Position numbers and translations under genes: made by a program | Notes under the pieces: model-generated | Seen by the model: the letters and a program-made list of their open reading frames with translations, nothing else | Databases searched by the model: none | What the model was told of the DNA's origin: nothing | Source of the DNA: Dicyema japonicum | Lineage: Eukaryota; Animalia; Dicyemida | DNA: 64,000 nt | Reading direction: 5' to 3' | Assembly (NCBI GenBank): GCA_011109175.1 | Contig: RDEW01000032.1 | Span: 216,404-280,403, forward strand | In this document: positions 1-14,070 of the stretch, in pieces | Layout: every line of letters begins with the position of its first letter | Position numbering within the stretch: position 1 is the first letter of the stretch

Positions 1-1369
1 GTGCTATTTTCTTTATCATTGTCAGGCTAGTATGTCCAGCGCAAACTGTCACGACTAATTAATCCAAGGAAGAAAGGAATTCAAAGTAAACAACGTCATC
101 GCCTGAAAATATATTAATTTGTCACCGTCAGAATAAACCCATCTCCCACTTTGGATGATAACGTCCTGTTTTAATAAGTTGTTGCTCAGCATAGCTTTTT
201 ATATAGGTTGAAACCCGCGAAACATGTTTTCGCCTTCAATCATATTTTTTACAACCAATATTGCATTATAGGAATGCATGAGTCCCGACTTAACTTATCA
301 ACAATTTGTCTTTCTTTTTCAGATAAATACCGCTTCTTGGTAAGTGGAGGTTTAGTACAGGAAACATTACTACGTCTCTACGAAAATAGCTATTACTAAT
401 AAATTCGAATCTAAAAGGACAATTATAGATTCCTTTAGTTGCTTTGGCTTTCAGGGTGACGTCATCAGTCATAATCACACTGCAGAACCGGATCAACTAT
501 AAAAGGACTCAGAACAAAAAGAAAAAAAAGTGAACCGCATACCTTTGATGTGTATAAGCCGGTTTAAGAAGATGAAAGTTTGGTGGATATAAATTTCGAG
601 TTTCGGAGACATGAATTGAAGAATCTGTATTTGAAGAAAAAAGTGCTCAAATTTAGAGCTCAGAGAAAAATATAACATTTGATGGTACAGAATTGTTTCA
701 CAAAGATTTATCCAGACTGGGAAGATGCGAGGATGACTAAGAAACGATGATTTTTAGTAAAACGATTGGATCTTGACGTTTTTTCACGTTGGACAAATTT
801 GGTACCCTGACTTCCTCACGAGGTCATCAAACGGGGTTGCCTTTGTCTTAACCTTGAAAGTCAATATGATCCTACAATTAATCTTCTTAACGTTTTATCT
901 GGGTATTTCAATTAAAAAATTCTGAAAAAATTAATTTATAAAAATTATTTTAAAAATGAAAATATTAAATACGTTCTGAGATTTAAACATTATTTTTTGT
1001 TGTTCCATTAACGATTTTAAAAATAAAAGCAACTTATCCGATCCGCAACCAGAAAAGGGCCTTCAAATAACCGAGAGTTAGTATACAGGAAAACATTAAA
1101 TCACCAACGCCCATGGAAAAACTAATCGAAAAAAACAAAAATGGACACCAATGGCAAAAAGAAAGTTCTCGACCGCAACGAACATGTGTAGCTCAAGGGA
1201 TCAACACCGAGCAAAGATGAGAGCCTTGATCCAATTCGTCTTGATCACTTAGTTTAGTTTTTCGGTTTAACAGTGGTCTTTGGATTTAATTTAATTAAAT
1301 TCCTCAGAAATTTAAAGTGATGTTTATCCAATTTTTTACAATATGTAATGTTATAGTTTCTATGTCGAA

Positions 1370-1590
1370 TAACAGTGCCATCATCAGTGATATCTCACTG
1401 AGGAACCGAATCGTCTACAAGAGGGCACACACCCAAAAAAGCAGTGAGGATCATTCTTTGGTTCTCCATTATCGATTAGTTATAATAATTGTTTTTACTT
1501 ACAAAAAGTGTGTCCTGTCTCGGAGGAGCTATAGCTTATATAGATCTTCGTAAAGTGCAGTATTCTTATGTCGAATGACATATTATTTTT
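1370..1590 (+). mobile_element. Degraded copy of SINE family B (central domain and 3' part)
   Basis: Matches the 13711-14070 copy (gtcatcagtg...ctgaggaac...gatcatt...aaagtgtgtcctg...ggagctata). Other decayed copies lie at about 445-560 (+), 6850-7000 (-), 7990-8280 (+), 9525-9730 (-), 17205-17280 (+), 59170-59340 (-) and 61690-61810 (-). Confidence 0.7.
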
Positions 1591-3499
1591 ACCGAGGTTG
1601 TAAACATTAAAAGCTCAGGAAACATATTTTGATTTAAAAGCAAGTAACATCTTTAGAAAAGTTAAAGAAGATATTTAAATTAAGAAGGTGAGTCATAAAT
1701 CAATATTTAATTATTGATTGATCCATGCTCTGTTCACAAATCCTGCCAAGAATAAAGTAAATTGAAGTATTATGCCAATTCCGGACCATTTCTTTGCCAA
1801 AGACCAAGGATTAATAGGGTTTTCAAGGCTCTTCTCGATAACAAGTTTGTTGATATTACTCAAAAATTCATTGATTCGCATATAAAGTTTTTCTAATATT
1901 AAATGGAGAAAGCTATTAGATAGATAGTTGGTAGCACGGCACTAGCGAAATCCTAAACACATATCCATACATGCTATAATTGCACGTTTTTATGTTTATA
2001 TTATATTTGCAGCTGAATTAGCTTCAAAATGATTGAGCTTATATTTTCTGTAAAAAATCTCTAACAACAGTTTTTGATCAAATACAGTTATTGACATAGA
2101 CAGATGCTATATTTCACGTTGGTAACAACTCGAAGATGTGACTTACAACAAATAATGGTGATAATTTTTGAGATCAAGTTTTTTAAGTCGAAAATCCAGT
2201 ATGTTCAAATCATTGAAAATTATTAAGAGAAGCAATCGAAAATAATAGCAGCTTAAATAAATATTATTAATTTTGTCGAATAATACTGTAAAAAATAAGA
2301 GTACTGGAAAGACCGTGATATGGAGTCGGCCATCCAATATAGGAAGGTTGATGCAAAGTTGGATCATAGAGTTATGTGGTTATTTGATAAATTACATTAC
2401 TACAACTCTGTAATTATATGTTTCTGTTATTCTATATTTGGGAGGTTGTACTGAACAAGAATCCTCATGTTATCACAAATGGTAATAAGTAAATATGACG
2501 ATGAAATTAGACAAGTATGGAGAATATGCCGACGAATTACATAGCAAATTAAATAATTTTAAAATTTAGAAATGGACGAATAATATAGTTGTGTTGGGAA
2601 TATTTCGTTTTTTGAAGTCGTTTAAAAATTTTGAACTACAGCCGAATTTCATGGACAATCGTTTGGACGCGTTTGATTCATTTTCTTATTAATATTCGAG
2701 TTTAGCTAAACTTGTAGTTAATACACAAAAACACAATCTGAACATCTTGTAATGCATCAGAGTTCTCACGACTTTTCCATAAGAGCTGATTTATTTCCAA
2801 TATATTTTAAGGATTCTATGAAATTCTGCATTTGAATAAAACTAATTGTAAAAATAAACAATTATAGTTTTCAGTTTTTATTACGTTTTAATTTACGTTT
2901 TACACACAAGAAAGTTTCGGATTGTCAAATAGAACTGTAATCGTGTCAATTCATTAAGAAACCCAATAATTAAAAAATGAAGAATCCAATGTTAACTTAG
3001 ATTAGAGTCATAGGATGTTTTGTAATTGACGTATTTAATTTAAAAAAATAATTATGTTATATTAAAATTCGTCTGAATAATTAAACACTAATGGAATGGG
3101 ATGATGAAAATGAATTATGCGTTGTGGCAGCTTGAAATGTTTTTTTCTGTTCTGAATCATGAGAATAAATTTTGAGAATATTAATGATCCCGGAAAATTG
3201 TTTTTGTCAATATTTAACCTCTATTGGATATTCGTTTATATATTAATAATTATTCAATTATTAAACAATATGTAATAAAATTTTACATAATTTAAAAATG
3301 TATATATTTAAGTTAAATTAGTGTTACAAAATATTTAAAAAAATACTGGCATCAGGTTAGAAAGCTGTCAGAGATAATCTTTAAAGACCGTTGGAATTTC
3401 TTTGTACATGTCTACGCTTAGACCTATTAAACACGCGCCAACTAAGCGATGGATATTACTTCAAACCACCAATTACTAGAAATTTCGAGGAAAACCAAG

Positions 3500-4731
3500 A
3501 ACAAATCTTAACTGTGCTTTACAATGTCTACATGTGATTTAGCACAGTACTCAGTTTCAATGCAATTCACCTTGGTGATAATGCCTACTTTTAGGACACC
3601 TTTCGACACCAAGGTAACAGCAGCATAAAAGCATATTCTTGCTATATTAGAGCACTGCACAATATCGTTGCTTCCAGTCAGATTCTAACTTAGAGGCGTT
3701 CAGTTATTATCTTTCAGACGATAGCTTCGCACTACTGACTTTTCAGTAAAGTGCATGAATCAAATGTCTGACTCTGCAGTTCCTCACGTAATTCGCAGAA
3801 TTACTGTTGCAAACGACACCGAATCAGTAGGGTAAAACTAACCTATCTCACGATGGTCTAAACTCAGCTCACGTTCCCTGTTAGTGGGTGAACAATCATA
3901 CACTTCGCGATTTATTGAAGAGCCAACATCGAAGAATTAAAAAGCGCCGTCGCTATGTACGCTTGGGCGGCACAAGCCAATTATCCCTGTGGTAACTTTT
4001 CTGTCACCTTTAGCTTAAAGCTTTTAAAAGCAATAGGATCGATAGGCCACGCTTTCGCGTTTTGCATACGTACTGAACATGCAAATAGAGCCAATCCTTC
4101 TACCGAAGGTACAGATCTATTTTGCCGACTTCCCTTATCAGCGTTTATCTATTCACCAGAGGCTGCTAACCTTGGAGACCTGCTGCGGTTATTGGTACGG
4201 CCCAAGTGACTGTTAAACTGTTACAGGCGTTTTATGAAACGACAGACATGCATCGGACACGGCAGAAACTGCCATGCTTTGCGGATAAGGTCTCTATGAC
4301 CAACAACTCTCTCGCTGGCTAAACCATTTCTAGAGAAATCGACCCTTTAAAAGAAAAGATAACTCTTCCCGAAATGCCTACCGTCTTAGACTGTAACAAA
4401 AGCGTCACCGCATAAACAGCCAGCTCAGGTTCGGGAATATTAACCCCATTCCCTTTCGCACTTTGGCTAAAACAGCCATTTCAAATGACTTTTCAACGTG
4501 CTTAGGACCGACTAACTCATGTCCAACTAATGTTCACATGAAACCCTTAGGCCCTCAAAGTTCCCATTTGAGTAATTGCTACTACCACCAAGATCTGCAC
4601 TAGAGAGCAGCTCATCTTTAGCAGGTTAAACTTACATTGCCACAACGGCCCTGTATAGGTCAGATGCTACAGCGTTATCCATTTTCAATGCCAGTTAATT
4701 CGACAGGTGAGTTATTACACACTCCATAGAG
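3500..4731 (-). rRNA. Degenerate 28S/LSU rRNA fragment (3' part), dispersed pseudogene
   Basis: Reverse-complement LSU core blocks, e.g. cagtagggtaaaactaacct..., ttatccctgtggtaacttttct and cttggagacctgctgcgg, with substitutions and an internal deletion near 4090. Confidence 0.9.
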
Positions 4732-5585
4732 CAGAGCTTTTCAAAAAATAATTCTCGCGGCACACTAATCGTAAAAAAAATAATCCACGGCACACATTAA
4801 AAAATAAAAAAATTAAATTTTTAAGATGTGTAAAACTAAGTACAAAAATTGGTAATTTAATGCCCAAATTTTATTAATAAAAAATGAATTCTTAATTATT
4901 ATTGTTTATCTTCATTATTTTTTGTTCATATTTATGACTAAACATAGTCCGAGCAATAATACGACAAGCAGGGATTATCTAGTTTTCGCCAATAATGTGA
5001 GGTTTTAGTTGTTTTGCTATCACTTCTGAGATCAGGTATGAACATTTCAATGATTCCTTTGTGTTTAAAAAAGTTTCACTGAACATCAGATCTACGATTC
5101 ATAGTAAAAACTAAATAATACTTAAGTGTTTTTTTCAAATGGATAAAATAATCCACAGATTTTTCGGAATAGTCGGATGCTTGGAAGTAAAATGTCTCTT
5201 TAGTTTGCTAGGAACCATAGCATCACTTGCCAAAACTTCCATGCAAATTAGACATTGAGGTAGTTTATTTTTATCTTTACATATAAATTCAAATGACAAA
5301 TAAGAATCTTTATAAGAACGACGAACTGATTTACCCATAAGCACGTTGATGCGCACGTTATTAAATAATTAATAAATAATGGTTAACCAATGTAAATGTC
5401 ATTTAATGTATAATAAAAAAATAATTATTTTAATTTTAGTAATTATTTTAATTCGTTTAACTTTTTAAATTAATTTAGGTCAAAAATGTATATAAATTTA
5501 TTCAAATTTGTATTTGGCAGCGGCACACTAGAAATTGTCTTGCGGCACACTTAGTGTGCCACGGCACACCGTTTGACAACCTCTG
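4732..5585 (-). mobile_element. Internally deleted hAT/Buster DNA transposon inserted in the LSU pseudogene
   Basis: Imperfect TIRs cagagcttttcaaa / tttgacaacctctg. 8-bp TSD ccatagag (4724-4731) / ccttagag (5586-5593) of the nnnTAnnn Buster type. Minus-strand BED finger (PQCLICMEVL...KLKRHFTSKHP) and SYLISEVIAK..KPHIIGE segment. Confidence 0.9.
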
Positions 5586-6010
5586 CCTTAGAGGCTTCCA
5601 ACTACTAAGGCCACCTTCCTGTTGTTATAATCAACTGACACTTTTTATGGTATTCTGTGTGCGTCTAGTCAAGCACCTTAACCAGGCGTTTGGTTCATCC
5701 CACAGCGCCAGTCATGATTACCATAATTGGCCCACTAGGCACCCTTATTTTACGTATGACTACACTCAAGTTAGTCACACTTTTCACACGTTTAAAGTTT
5801 GAGAATAGTTTGCACCCGTATAAGCACAAATCCTCTAATCATTCGCTTTAACATATGAAACTAGTCTCGAGCGCCAGCTATCCTGATGAAATGTCGGAGA
5901 GAACCAGCTACTAGATGGCTCGATAAGTATTTCGCCCCTATACCTAGCTTCAACAATCGATTTGCACGTCAGAACCGCGATAGACCTCCACCAGTGTTTC
6001 CACTGGCTTC
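5586..6010 (-). rRNA. Degenerate 28S/LSU rRNA fragment continuing beyond the transposon
   Basis: LSU reverse-complement motifs ggttcatcccacagcgccagt, tggcccactaggcac, gatttgcacgtcagaaccgc and ctccaccagtgtttccactggcttc, collinear with the sequence before the insertion. Confidence 0.88.
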
Positions 6011-7530
6011 TTATTTTTCGAAAAGTGCATTTAATACTGATAATTTGGCATGACCAGGATACTAAAAGCGGCTTGATGAAATTAAAATCTTACTATCTTC
6101 CGGGTGCTGAATGTATTTACTCTAATGTCCTACTAACATAGAAGAAATCTTAATCGACACACGTTTCGTACTATTGATCCATATCAACAACAGATCTCCT
6201 AATAGCGCCTAAGAAATGTGGTAAAAATTGCTCAGAAATGCTAGAAGTAAAAATATCATGATTCCATTAGTTCTTCACGTATTTTTGGGATTTATTTGAT
6301 ATAGTAGGAAGCCTTCGTCTTTTCTCACGTCAGGTCACACCCAAAAACCATAACGTCAGGAAAAATCTGTGACTTGTATAGCTATCTCGATAGCCATAAT
6401 GAGAGGAACGTTGATTTTACACTTTGATAAAAAACATGATTTATTACTTCGATTCCGCACAAATATTATCAGCCCAAATTATCAGACGGGATTCGATGCA
6501 CATATTGTTTTATTCGACGTTTCCCTATTTTTAATAGTAAATGTATCGATTTCTTACAATTCCGTTAAACAAGAGATACTAGGAGATACATCTACATAGA
6601 AGAGATGAAGACATTAATTAATCTAGAGACATGCCATACTAGACCAGAGATGCGTCACCAGTTTAATTTCGACAAATGATTATTAGGTTAACTACGACAT
6701 ATCATCTATTCCACAGTTCATTAATTTTAAGATTCACAGAATTTTTACAAGGATACTAGGCTTTTCTGAAAATGCTTTTGTCTAGCTTTCGTAAAAAATT
6801 TCATTTCTTTTGTGAAACTTTATACAAGTTAGGGAGGCTGAGGTTACTTACATAACTAACTAGGCTTCCCCTGGACACACACTTTATTTAAGTGAAGAAC
6901 GGTTATTATTGTAACTAATCGTAGAAGGAGAAGCAAAAAATGCTCTTCACTTCTTTTTTGATTTTTATTGTGTTTATGTACTTTATAGACTGCGTAACTG
7001 GGATAAAATGTGAAAATATCCTAGTTACCCAATAATCTAAGAAGGACTAATAGAATCAAACCGACAAGGAATGGCATCTTAAATTATTCCATAACGGGCT
7101 TGAGTCTTTAGATTGAAAAGACCTGTTTTGAGGTCATTCAATATTCTGAAATATCGAGTATTACGGTGATAGACTAATCTCCTCGTTTCCTTAAAACACG
7201 AAGCACGTGAGACCCATTGTCTCTCCAGTTAACTCTGTCGCAATCAGATACAATCGTTACCATAACAACCATCAAATAGCTATTAATTCGGGTGGAGTGA
7301 ATGAAAGGGTATCCTGAAACTTTCCTGAATAGACGAGTCTCTGAGTTTTCGACGATTGAAATTTACAGTTAATTTTAAATATTAATTGCATAAATTTTTA
7401 GTTTTTTAGTGAGAATGAGTCAATATATTTTATTCGAAAATTTATAACTCTGATTCACAAATTTGGCTAAAATACGTGAAATTTTATTCTTATAAATAAG
7501 AAATTCTTGAATAAAAATTAGAATACAAAA

Positions 7531-7887
7531 ATGAACATTGGATTAATCGATGATCAAAAAATTTTCTTAGCAAATTATCTAAAAATTAATTTTGAACTTT
7601 ATCAATCAAAACTGCAACAAATTTATAAGAATTATGTGAGTGGATGATTACACATTCTGACGTAAATCTGCAAACAGTTGATTCACTCAGGGGAGAGACC
7701 TTCCTTAGAGAATTGGGTTCATATTTTTATGTACTTTTTAGAAAGAATTGCAAAGGAAAATCCAAAGTTTTGTGCGCTCAAAACAGCATTTTTTGTTTTT
7801 TAGTTGTAGAAGCATAAGAATATTTCGTTAAACCTTGCTGAATTGAGAACAGTAGTCCACCTTCTCGACTGTACTGTAAATTATTAA
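7531..7887 (+). CDS. Orphan small helical protein, paralog 1 (3 exons; 1-nt frameshift in exon 1; GC donor at intron 2)
   Basis: Introns 7717-7741 (GT-AG) and 7786-7809 (GC-AG) sit at the same positions as in the other paralogs. Exon 2 is 44 nt. Exon 3 reads KHKNISLNLAELRTVVHLLDCTVNY*. Confidence 0.6.
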
Positions 7888-9999
7888 TAACTTTACAAAT
7901 TTGTTGATTTAATTTAATAAAATTAATAAAATAACTTAATTTATTTTACATTATAATAATTTTATTTTCAAATAGCTCAGTTTTAATTTCACTATGTTGG
8001 GATAACGCAGTTTCATAAGTGAAGACAAAATTCTGATACTTCCGCTTCGAATCTCGTCCCTATTCATTCAACCGAAGTGCCACTCATCTACAATACTTTC
8101 TGGTTTGATAAATAACGCCGTGATCAGTAATATATCATTACAGAACCAGATTGTCTAGGACGCAAAAAAAGTTAAGAACGTCTCCAGCCCATAACTACGA
8201 TGAATTGGCTTAACTGTTCTTAACTGTAAAAAGAAACTCTGTGTCCTGCACATTCGGACTCTCTTGAAAGTAATACTATGTCCTTTAGTTTTAATTTCAA
8301 TAATGGGAAGGTTGTGTGGTTTGGGTTAAATGATTTCTGAAGATATTGTAAGGTCCTTTTTTCAAGGAGATACCCCAACGAAAAAAATCATTGAGTTCCA
8401 GTGTAACTGATCAACTGAAGATGATTTTAAATTGACTGTTATAGCTCTTATTATTGCTTTAGCTTTTGTAGAAAAAGAGAGCTATAAGAATGGAGCCCAG
8501 CTGAAGAAACATATTTCAGCATCGTCCTGATAAAATGCTTACACAAGTGTGTTATATATATTTGTACCTTTGAGTCCCAGCTACAGCTCGAAGGACATTT
8601 GATATTTTCTTCGCCTTAGTGCAAAGTATTTTAACGTGTTTGTTGAAGCATGCCAAAGACGACTACAAGGATTTTAGGATGTTTTTCCACTGAAAGTAAT
8701 TTGGACTCTCATGCTTTCGATATGTTGTAGATATTTTATTGAAAATTTTTAGAATATTAAAAAAAAATTTTTTTTTTAATTTTATCAATTTCTGAAATTT
8801 TTATTATTCAGCGCTAATCCGTAGTAATCTATACTTTTTGAAAGTCTTAAAAATAGCATCTTCAAAGAATTACATAGTTTGTGGCAAAATGAGATCAAAA
8901 ATGACGTAAAATGACTTTTTATGTGAGATAATGACATTTTAGAAATTAATAAATTATTTTAGTTTTAAAAATCATGAAACTTTACCGACTTCCTGTGTAG
9001 ACTCTAGCGTAGATACTTCCGGGAAGCATTGGCGTGCCTCGATGAGCTCAGGATGAAAATGACGAGTGGTACAAGGGGAACTGGGATCACTCTATTAGTT
9101 TGGGTACTGCTATATCCCTTCTCTGTGTATAATTAAAGAAAGATGATTTTGGTCACATAGTTCACAATTTTTCTATAATTTCTGATAGATGACCAGAAAC
9201 AAATAAACTTACATTATTTTTACAAGAATAAAAATTATAGACGTTTTATAATCTGATATTCTAATATTCATATATTTGGAACGATAAATACGAGACCTGG
9301 AACGATAAATACGCTGCCTACTGGAAACGAAAAAAAAGGCAAACCAAAAAATTGGATATTACTGTTTGGTTCCCTGACAGCAACCTATTCTTATTATGGA
9401 CTTGGATTTGGGAGACAAAAGAAAAGGTGTTGAAGGATTATGGCACAAGGATAACTTGATTATTTTTTGATATACTAGGAGTGCATATTAATAATAATAT
9501 TCGCACTTTTGGAGGAGCCATATTAGTTATAGCTCCCCTCAGGCAGAACACACACTTTATTTTAAGCAAAGAACAATAATAATAGTTAATCGAGGGAAAA
9601 TCAAGGAATGCTCGTCACTTGTTTGTGTCTTTTATAGACAATCCAGGTTCCGCAGTGAAGTTCACTGATGCGTCAATCGTCAAGCCAAAGCATATTGATG
9701 CGTGGAACTTTCAACCAAAATGTGCAGTATCAGGATTCGTACTAGCGACCTTCAGGCCTCTCGCCTGGCAAACGTCACACTGCGCCACCTGGTCTAGTGG
9801 CTAGTTGGCTGGAACGGAAGGCTCAATGCTGGTGTAATCATTTGGTTACAGCCTATAATGAAGTGCTCATTAATAATAGTCAATTTCTATTTTTTCCAGG
9901 AAAATTTATAATATTAATTCAAAAATATGACTAAGATACGTGAAATTTTAGAATCTTGTTATAAATACGAATTTCTAAAAATATGATGGAAGCACAAAA

Positions 10000-10350
10000 A
10001 TGGCACAAAGAGAAATCGACGAATCAAACATATTTTCTTATATTCAGAATAAAATAGAATTCTATCAATTACAAAACCAACAAATTCGCAGAGAAATACG
10101 TCAGTGGACTATTTCATATTTTGACGGAAATCTGCCTACACCTGAAACTGCCAGGGGACAGGCTTTTCTTCGAGATATCGGTTCTTAAACTTTATGTGAT
10201 TTTTAGATGTCATATTAGAAGAATATCCAGCAATTCGTGAATGAGAATTGTATTTCTTTGTTATAATTGTAGAAACATAAATATATTTCTTTGACGATTA
10301 ATGATTTGAGAATAGTACTTGGGTTTCTAGACATTATGGTAAATTTATAA
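10000..10350 (+). CDS. Orphan small helical protein, paralog 2 (about 100 aa; 1-nt deletion in exon 2)
   Basis: Exon 1 10000-10180, introns 10181-10206 and 10250-10272. Exon 3 reads KHKYISLTINDLRIVLGFLDIMVNL*. Homologous to the 7531 and 13129 copies. Confidence 0.65.
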
Positions 10351-12798
10351 CTACAATATTTTTGAGTTAATTTAATTTATTTTTAATTTAATAAAATAAT
10401 AATTTATTTTAATATAACGATTTTATTTTTTTTGTTTCAACATTATGGTTTTTGCGGAAACGAATCCAGAACAACTAGGTGTCTATGTTAGGCTTGGAAG
10501 AGATCAAGCATGGACACAAGTTATGTCAAACCAGATACTTTACACTTAGAATCTAATATACTTCCCGTCCATTGTGCTATGCCAAAATGCTCCGCTATTT
10601 AGACTCTTCCACGATTTTTCTGAGGATGTCTAGAATCTGTTCATTATTGATGGCAAAGGAGTTTGTGAATCCTCTAAAAGTCAATGAGCAGAAAAAGTAT
10701 GATTCAATAAAATTGTAAGCAGAAATGGTAAGAATGGCCAGATTCATCCTTAAAATGTGGCCAAATATAATCCCCATCGGGTCTTAGTAATAATTGTAAC
10801 AAACTTTGTATAGGTCGGTTTCTCCAGGTTGTGTTTTAGAATACGTGCAATTAAGTGTCGTCACACCTCAGCCAAAACTCGGGAGTATCTAAATTAAATT
10901 TATTCCAAAACCAAGGGAAACCAAACTAACTCCTTGATCCTGAGCGTTCCACAACTTGTATCCAGGTAACGATATTTCCCAGGGAAAGAATAGTTGGACC
11001 CTCTTGATCCTGGCCAGGCATTTAGAGTCTCCTCAGAAAAATGGATCCACTGACGCCATCGGAGGAAAGAAAAAAAAGTTTGAAAACCTAATCACATAGC
11101 ACCACATGGAACCACTTGGTATTAGCAATTGATAAACTATAATTATAAAGTAAAAAAAATAATAAATGAAAAAATGCAAATTTTTAATAACTAACTAAAA
11201 TTTCTTCAAAAAATAACCACTACAAATATCCAAATTTATCATTATTTGTAGTAAGACATTGCCAATACGATTGTTTTCATTTCAAGAAAATAACTGTATT
11301 GAGGTCTTGAGAGTTCATTAAGACGATAACAAGATATGTTAGAACTGAAAATATTTTTATACTATTAGTAACATTCAGGATCATCTGCCTTCGCTCTTTA
11401 CGTTATAAAAAAGAAAATTAAATTCTCCTAAAGAAAAAATGCCTTCTCCGTTTCCACAAGTGTTCCAGACTGATCAAAAACATCTGAGAATTAGGTTCTA
11501 GCGCCATTTTATGCCCTAATAAGATAAATGGACTGACCTCTGGTATTCGAGAGATTTACTCTTTAAAGTTCTTTTGAGACAGTTGCTTAAGACAATTCCC
11601 TCCCACGTTATTATACATGGTATGACGGTGACCTTGAAATACCAAACTAACTATTTGATCCTGACACGTAACAGCGATTCAGAACATGTCTCCAGATAAC
11701 GTAATTGTCCCCAGGTTGAAAGAATAGTTGGATCCTTTTGAATGTCGGACAGGCATTGGGCTCTCCTTAGCAAGGTGGATCTAATGAAACCATCAGAGAC
11801 GGAAGATATTTTTAAACAAATTGACCACATAAGATAGTATGGTGCCACGTGGTATTTTCAATAAAGACATAAAATTCTTTGTTTGTTAGAAAGGACCCTC
11901 GAGACAAAATTTTCCAGTCAAACACGTCGAGTAAAAAATATTTAAGAATAATTCTTCACAAAATCTAATGCCTTGTGAGACATACGAAGAGTTTTATAAA
12001 AATGTAGAGGAGAGCTCTTGATAAAGTCAAGTAGAAATTATTCAGATGATTCTGAAGTCAGTCTTTAAAATACGATCATCGACATAGGCCTAGAATAAAA
12101 GTCCCCGAGGTTGAATTATCTTTTCTTAACAAAATTGTAAAACTAAGTACATTATATTATGATGACACCACAATGTATGTTGATAGAGGACTAATGGTTG
12201 ATCTGTGAGGAAAAAAAAATAAAGATCAGTTAGCAGTTAACTTTTCCAAGAAAATAATGCTTTCCAATGTTTAGGATATTTGGATATTATGTCCCCGGAT
12301 GCACTGAGAAAAAAGTTAACTAATTAAGTGTATCCAGTTTCCATTGTCACGGAAACAAAGTCCTTCAACGTCACAAAGTCCATCCATCTCCTGCATAAAA
12401 AGTAAGAGATGTTATTTCTTGCAGTTGCAGAAACACCTCCGATAGAGTAGGGAAAGCAAATGATCCTGTTTCGTCCCACACTGGCACTGGGCGCCACCTG
12501 AAACAAGGAGATCAATGATGCCTCTCTAGTAGAAAATGAGAGAGGAGCAACAGACGGATCAAACAGAAATCTTAAATTAAGTTCACCTGGAACCACAATA
12601 AAATTGGCACCACGTACAATTAATATATAAATAGGTAGATGCTTAATTTATATTTTAATTTACAATAAATTCATAATTAACAACAGTTTTAGTTTCTAAT
12701 ATTCAAGATGAGTCAATTTCTATTTTTTTTCTAGAAAAATGTATGGAAAAAATACGAAGCGCTACTGTGATCGATTCAGGTTCTACCATATTGTTGTT

Positions 12799-12965
12799 GA
12801 GATCAACTGGAGAACAAGTGGGAAATCGCTTCGTCTCCTAAAGAAACATGGACGCCTAGCTACACTAAAAAGCCACAAGCTCTGAGACTAAGTGGCTTCT
12901 CAGTTGATCTCCTTTCGATCGCAAGGCAAATCAACGTAAATTATGGTGGCGGGACCACTTTGATT
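12799..12965. repeat. Dispersed repeat family D with a 113-bp internal inverted repeat
   Basis: gagatcaactggagaa...ttctcagttgatctc (12799-12911). An inverted copy lies at 48455-48624 and an end fragment at 24878-24920. No TSD seen. Confidence 0.6.
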
Positions 12966-13128
12966 GATTTTTGTGTATTGTTTTTTAATAAACATAATTA
13001 TCTGAGTAAAAAAATGTATGACTAAAAAAATAAAATAAAAATTAAGCGGTATTTTACATATGACTAAAATAAGAGAAATTTTAGAATCTTATTATAAATA
13101 TGAAATTATAAATGAGAATTGAGGATAA

Positions 13129-13514
13129 ATGGCGGAAAGGAAAATAAATGAACATAAAATATTTTCTTATCTTCAAAATAAAATGGATCTTTATCAATCA
13201 GAACTGCAGAAAATTGAAAGAGAAATGATCGGATGGATTAATACAAATTATGACGGAGATCTCATGACAGGAGGTTCATCAAGTTGGCGGATATTTTTTA
13301 GAAGAATGAGTTTATAAAATTTATGTAATTTTTAGATGCAATTTTATCGAAAAATTCGACACTTTACGAACTCGGAATTGTATTTTCATTTTAATTTTAG
13401 AAACACAAATATATTTCTTCGATCCTAGTAGATTTGAAAGAAGCACTCGCCTATCGAACTTCTAGCAAATTACAAACAACTACTTTATTTTCAGCTAAAT
13501 TTAATAAAATATAA
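13129..13514 (+). CDS. Orphan small helical protein, paralog 3 (112 aa, open after splicing)
   Basis: Exons 13129-13309, 13336-13379 and 13401-13514, with 26- and 21-nt GT-AG introns, give an uninterrupted frame. Confidence 0.72.
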
Positions 13515-13710
13515 TTTATTCTTTGTTATAGCACTCATCACTAGTGGATAGCTCAGTTTTAATTTTCACTAAGATGGGATAATGTAAACTAATAAGTGCT
13601 AGACAAAATTCAGATGCTTGCCTGTTTAAGTCTCGTTGCTGTTCATTCGACATGAAAGTACGACACTAGAATCCTGTGCACTACATTCCACGTTTTATCA
13701 TCTCGTTGAG

Positions 13711-14070
13711 GCTAGTTGTGTGGCATAGTGGTTAGGTGTCGGGCTTAAGTGACTAAGGTTACGGGTTCGATTCTCGCTGCTGTTCACCTGGTGGAAGGTT
13801 CTACGCATCTACGATGCAGAAAGGGTTTGACGAGTGACGCCGTCATCAGTGGATACTACTGAGGAACATAATTTAGAAAATAAACTACTCGGAACTGGAT
13901 TGTCTAGAAAGGACCCACACACAAGAAAAAGAAAAAAAAGTGAAGATCATTCCTTGGTTCTACAATTAGTAAAAATTAACTGTTCTTTACTTAAATAAAG
14001 TGTGTGTCCTGCCATGCGGAGCTATAAATATATGGCTCTCGTGAAAAGGCTGTTATTATTTATTATTATT
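13711..14070 (+). mobile_element. tRNA-derived SINE, family B
   Basis: A-box tggcatagtgg, B-box ggttcgattc, conserved body and (TTA)n tail. A near-identical copy lies at 51415-51740. Confidence 0.85.

Noticed and set aside
1712-2367. Hydrophobic minus-strand coding-like pieces (possible multipass membrane gene remnant)
   Set aside because: Could not build a consistent spliced frame or recognise a family.
3955-4209. 84-aa ORF
   Set aside because: Lies within the antisense rRNA pseudogene.
6300-6400. VMVFGC-like Tc1/mariner motif on the minus strand
   Set aside because: Too short; no TIRs or DDE motifs identified.
13711-13790. Possible tRNA gene
   Set aside because: A and B boxes are present, but there is no cloverleaf and it continues into a multi-copy body, so it is a SINE head.
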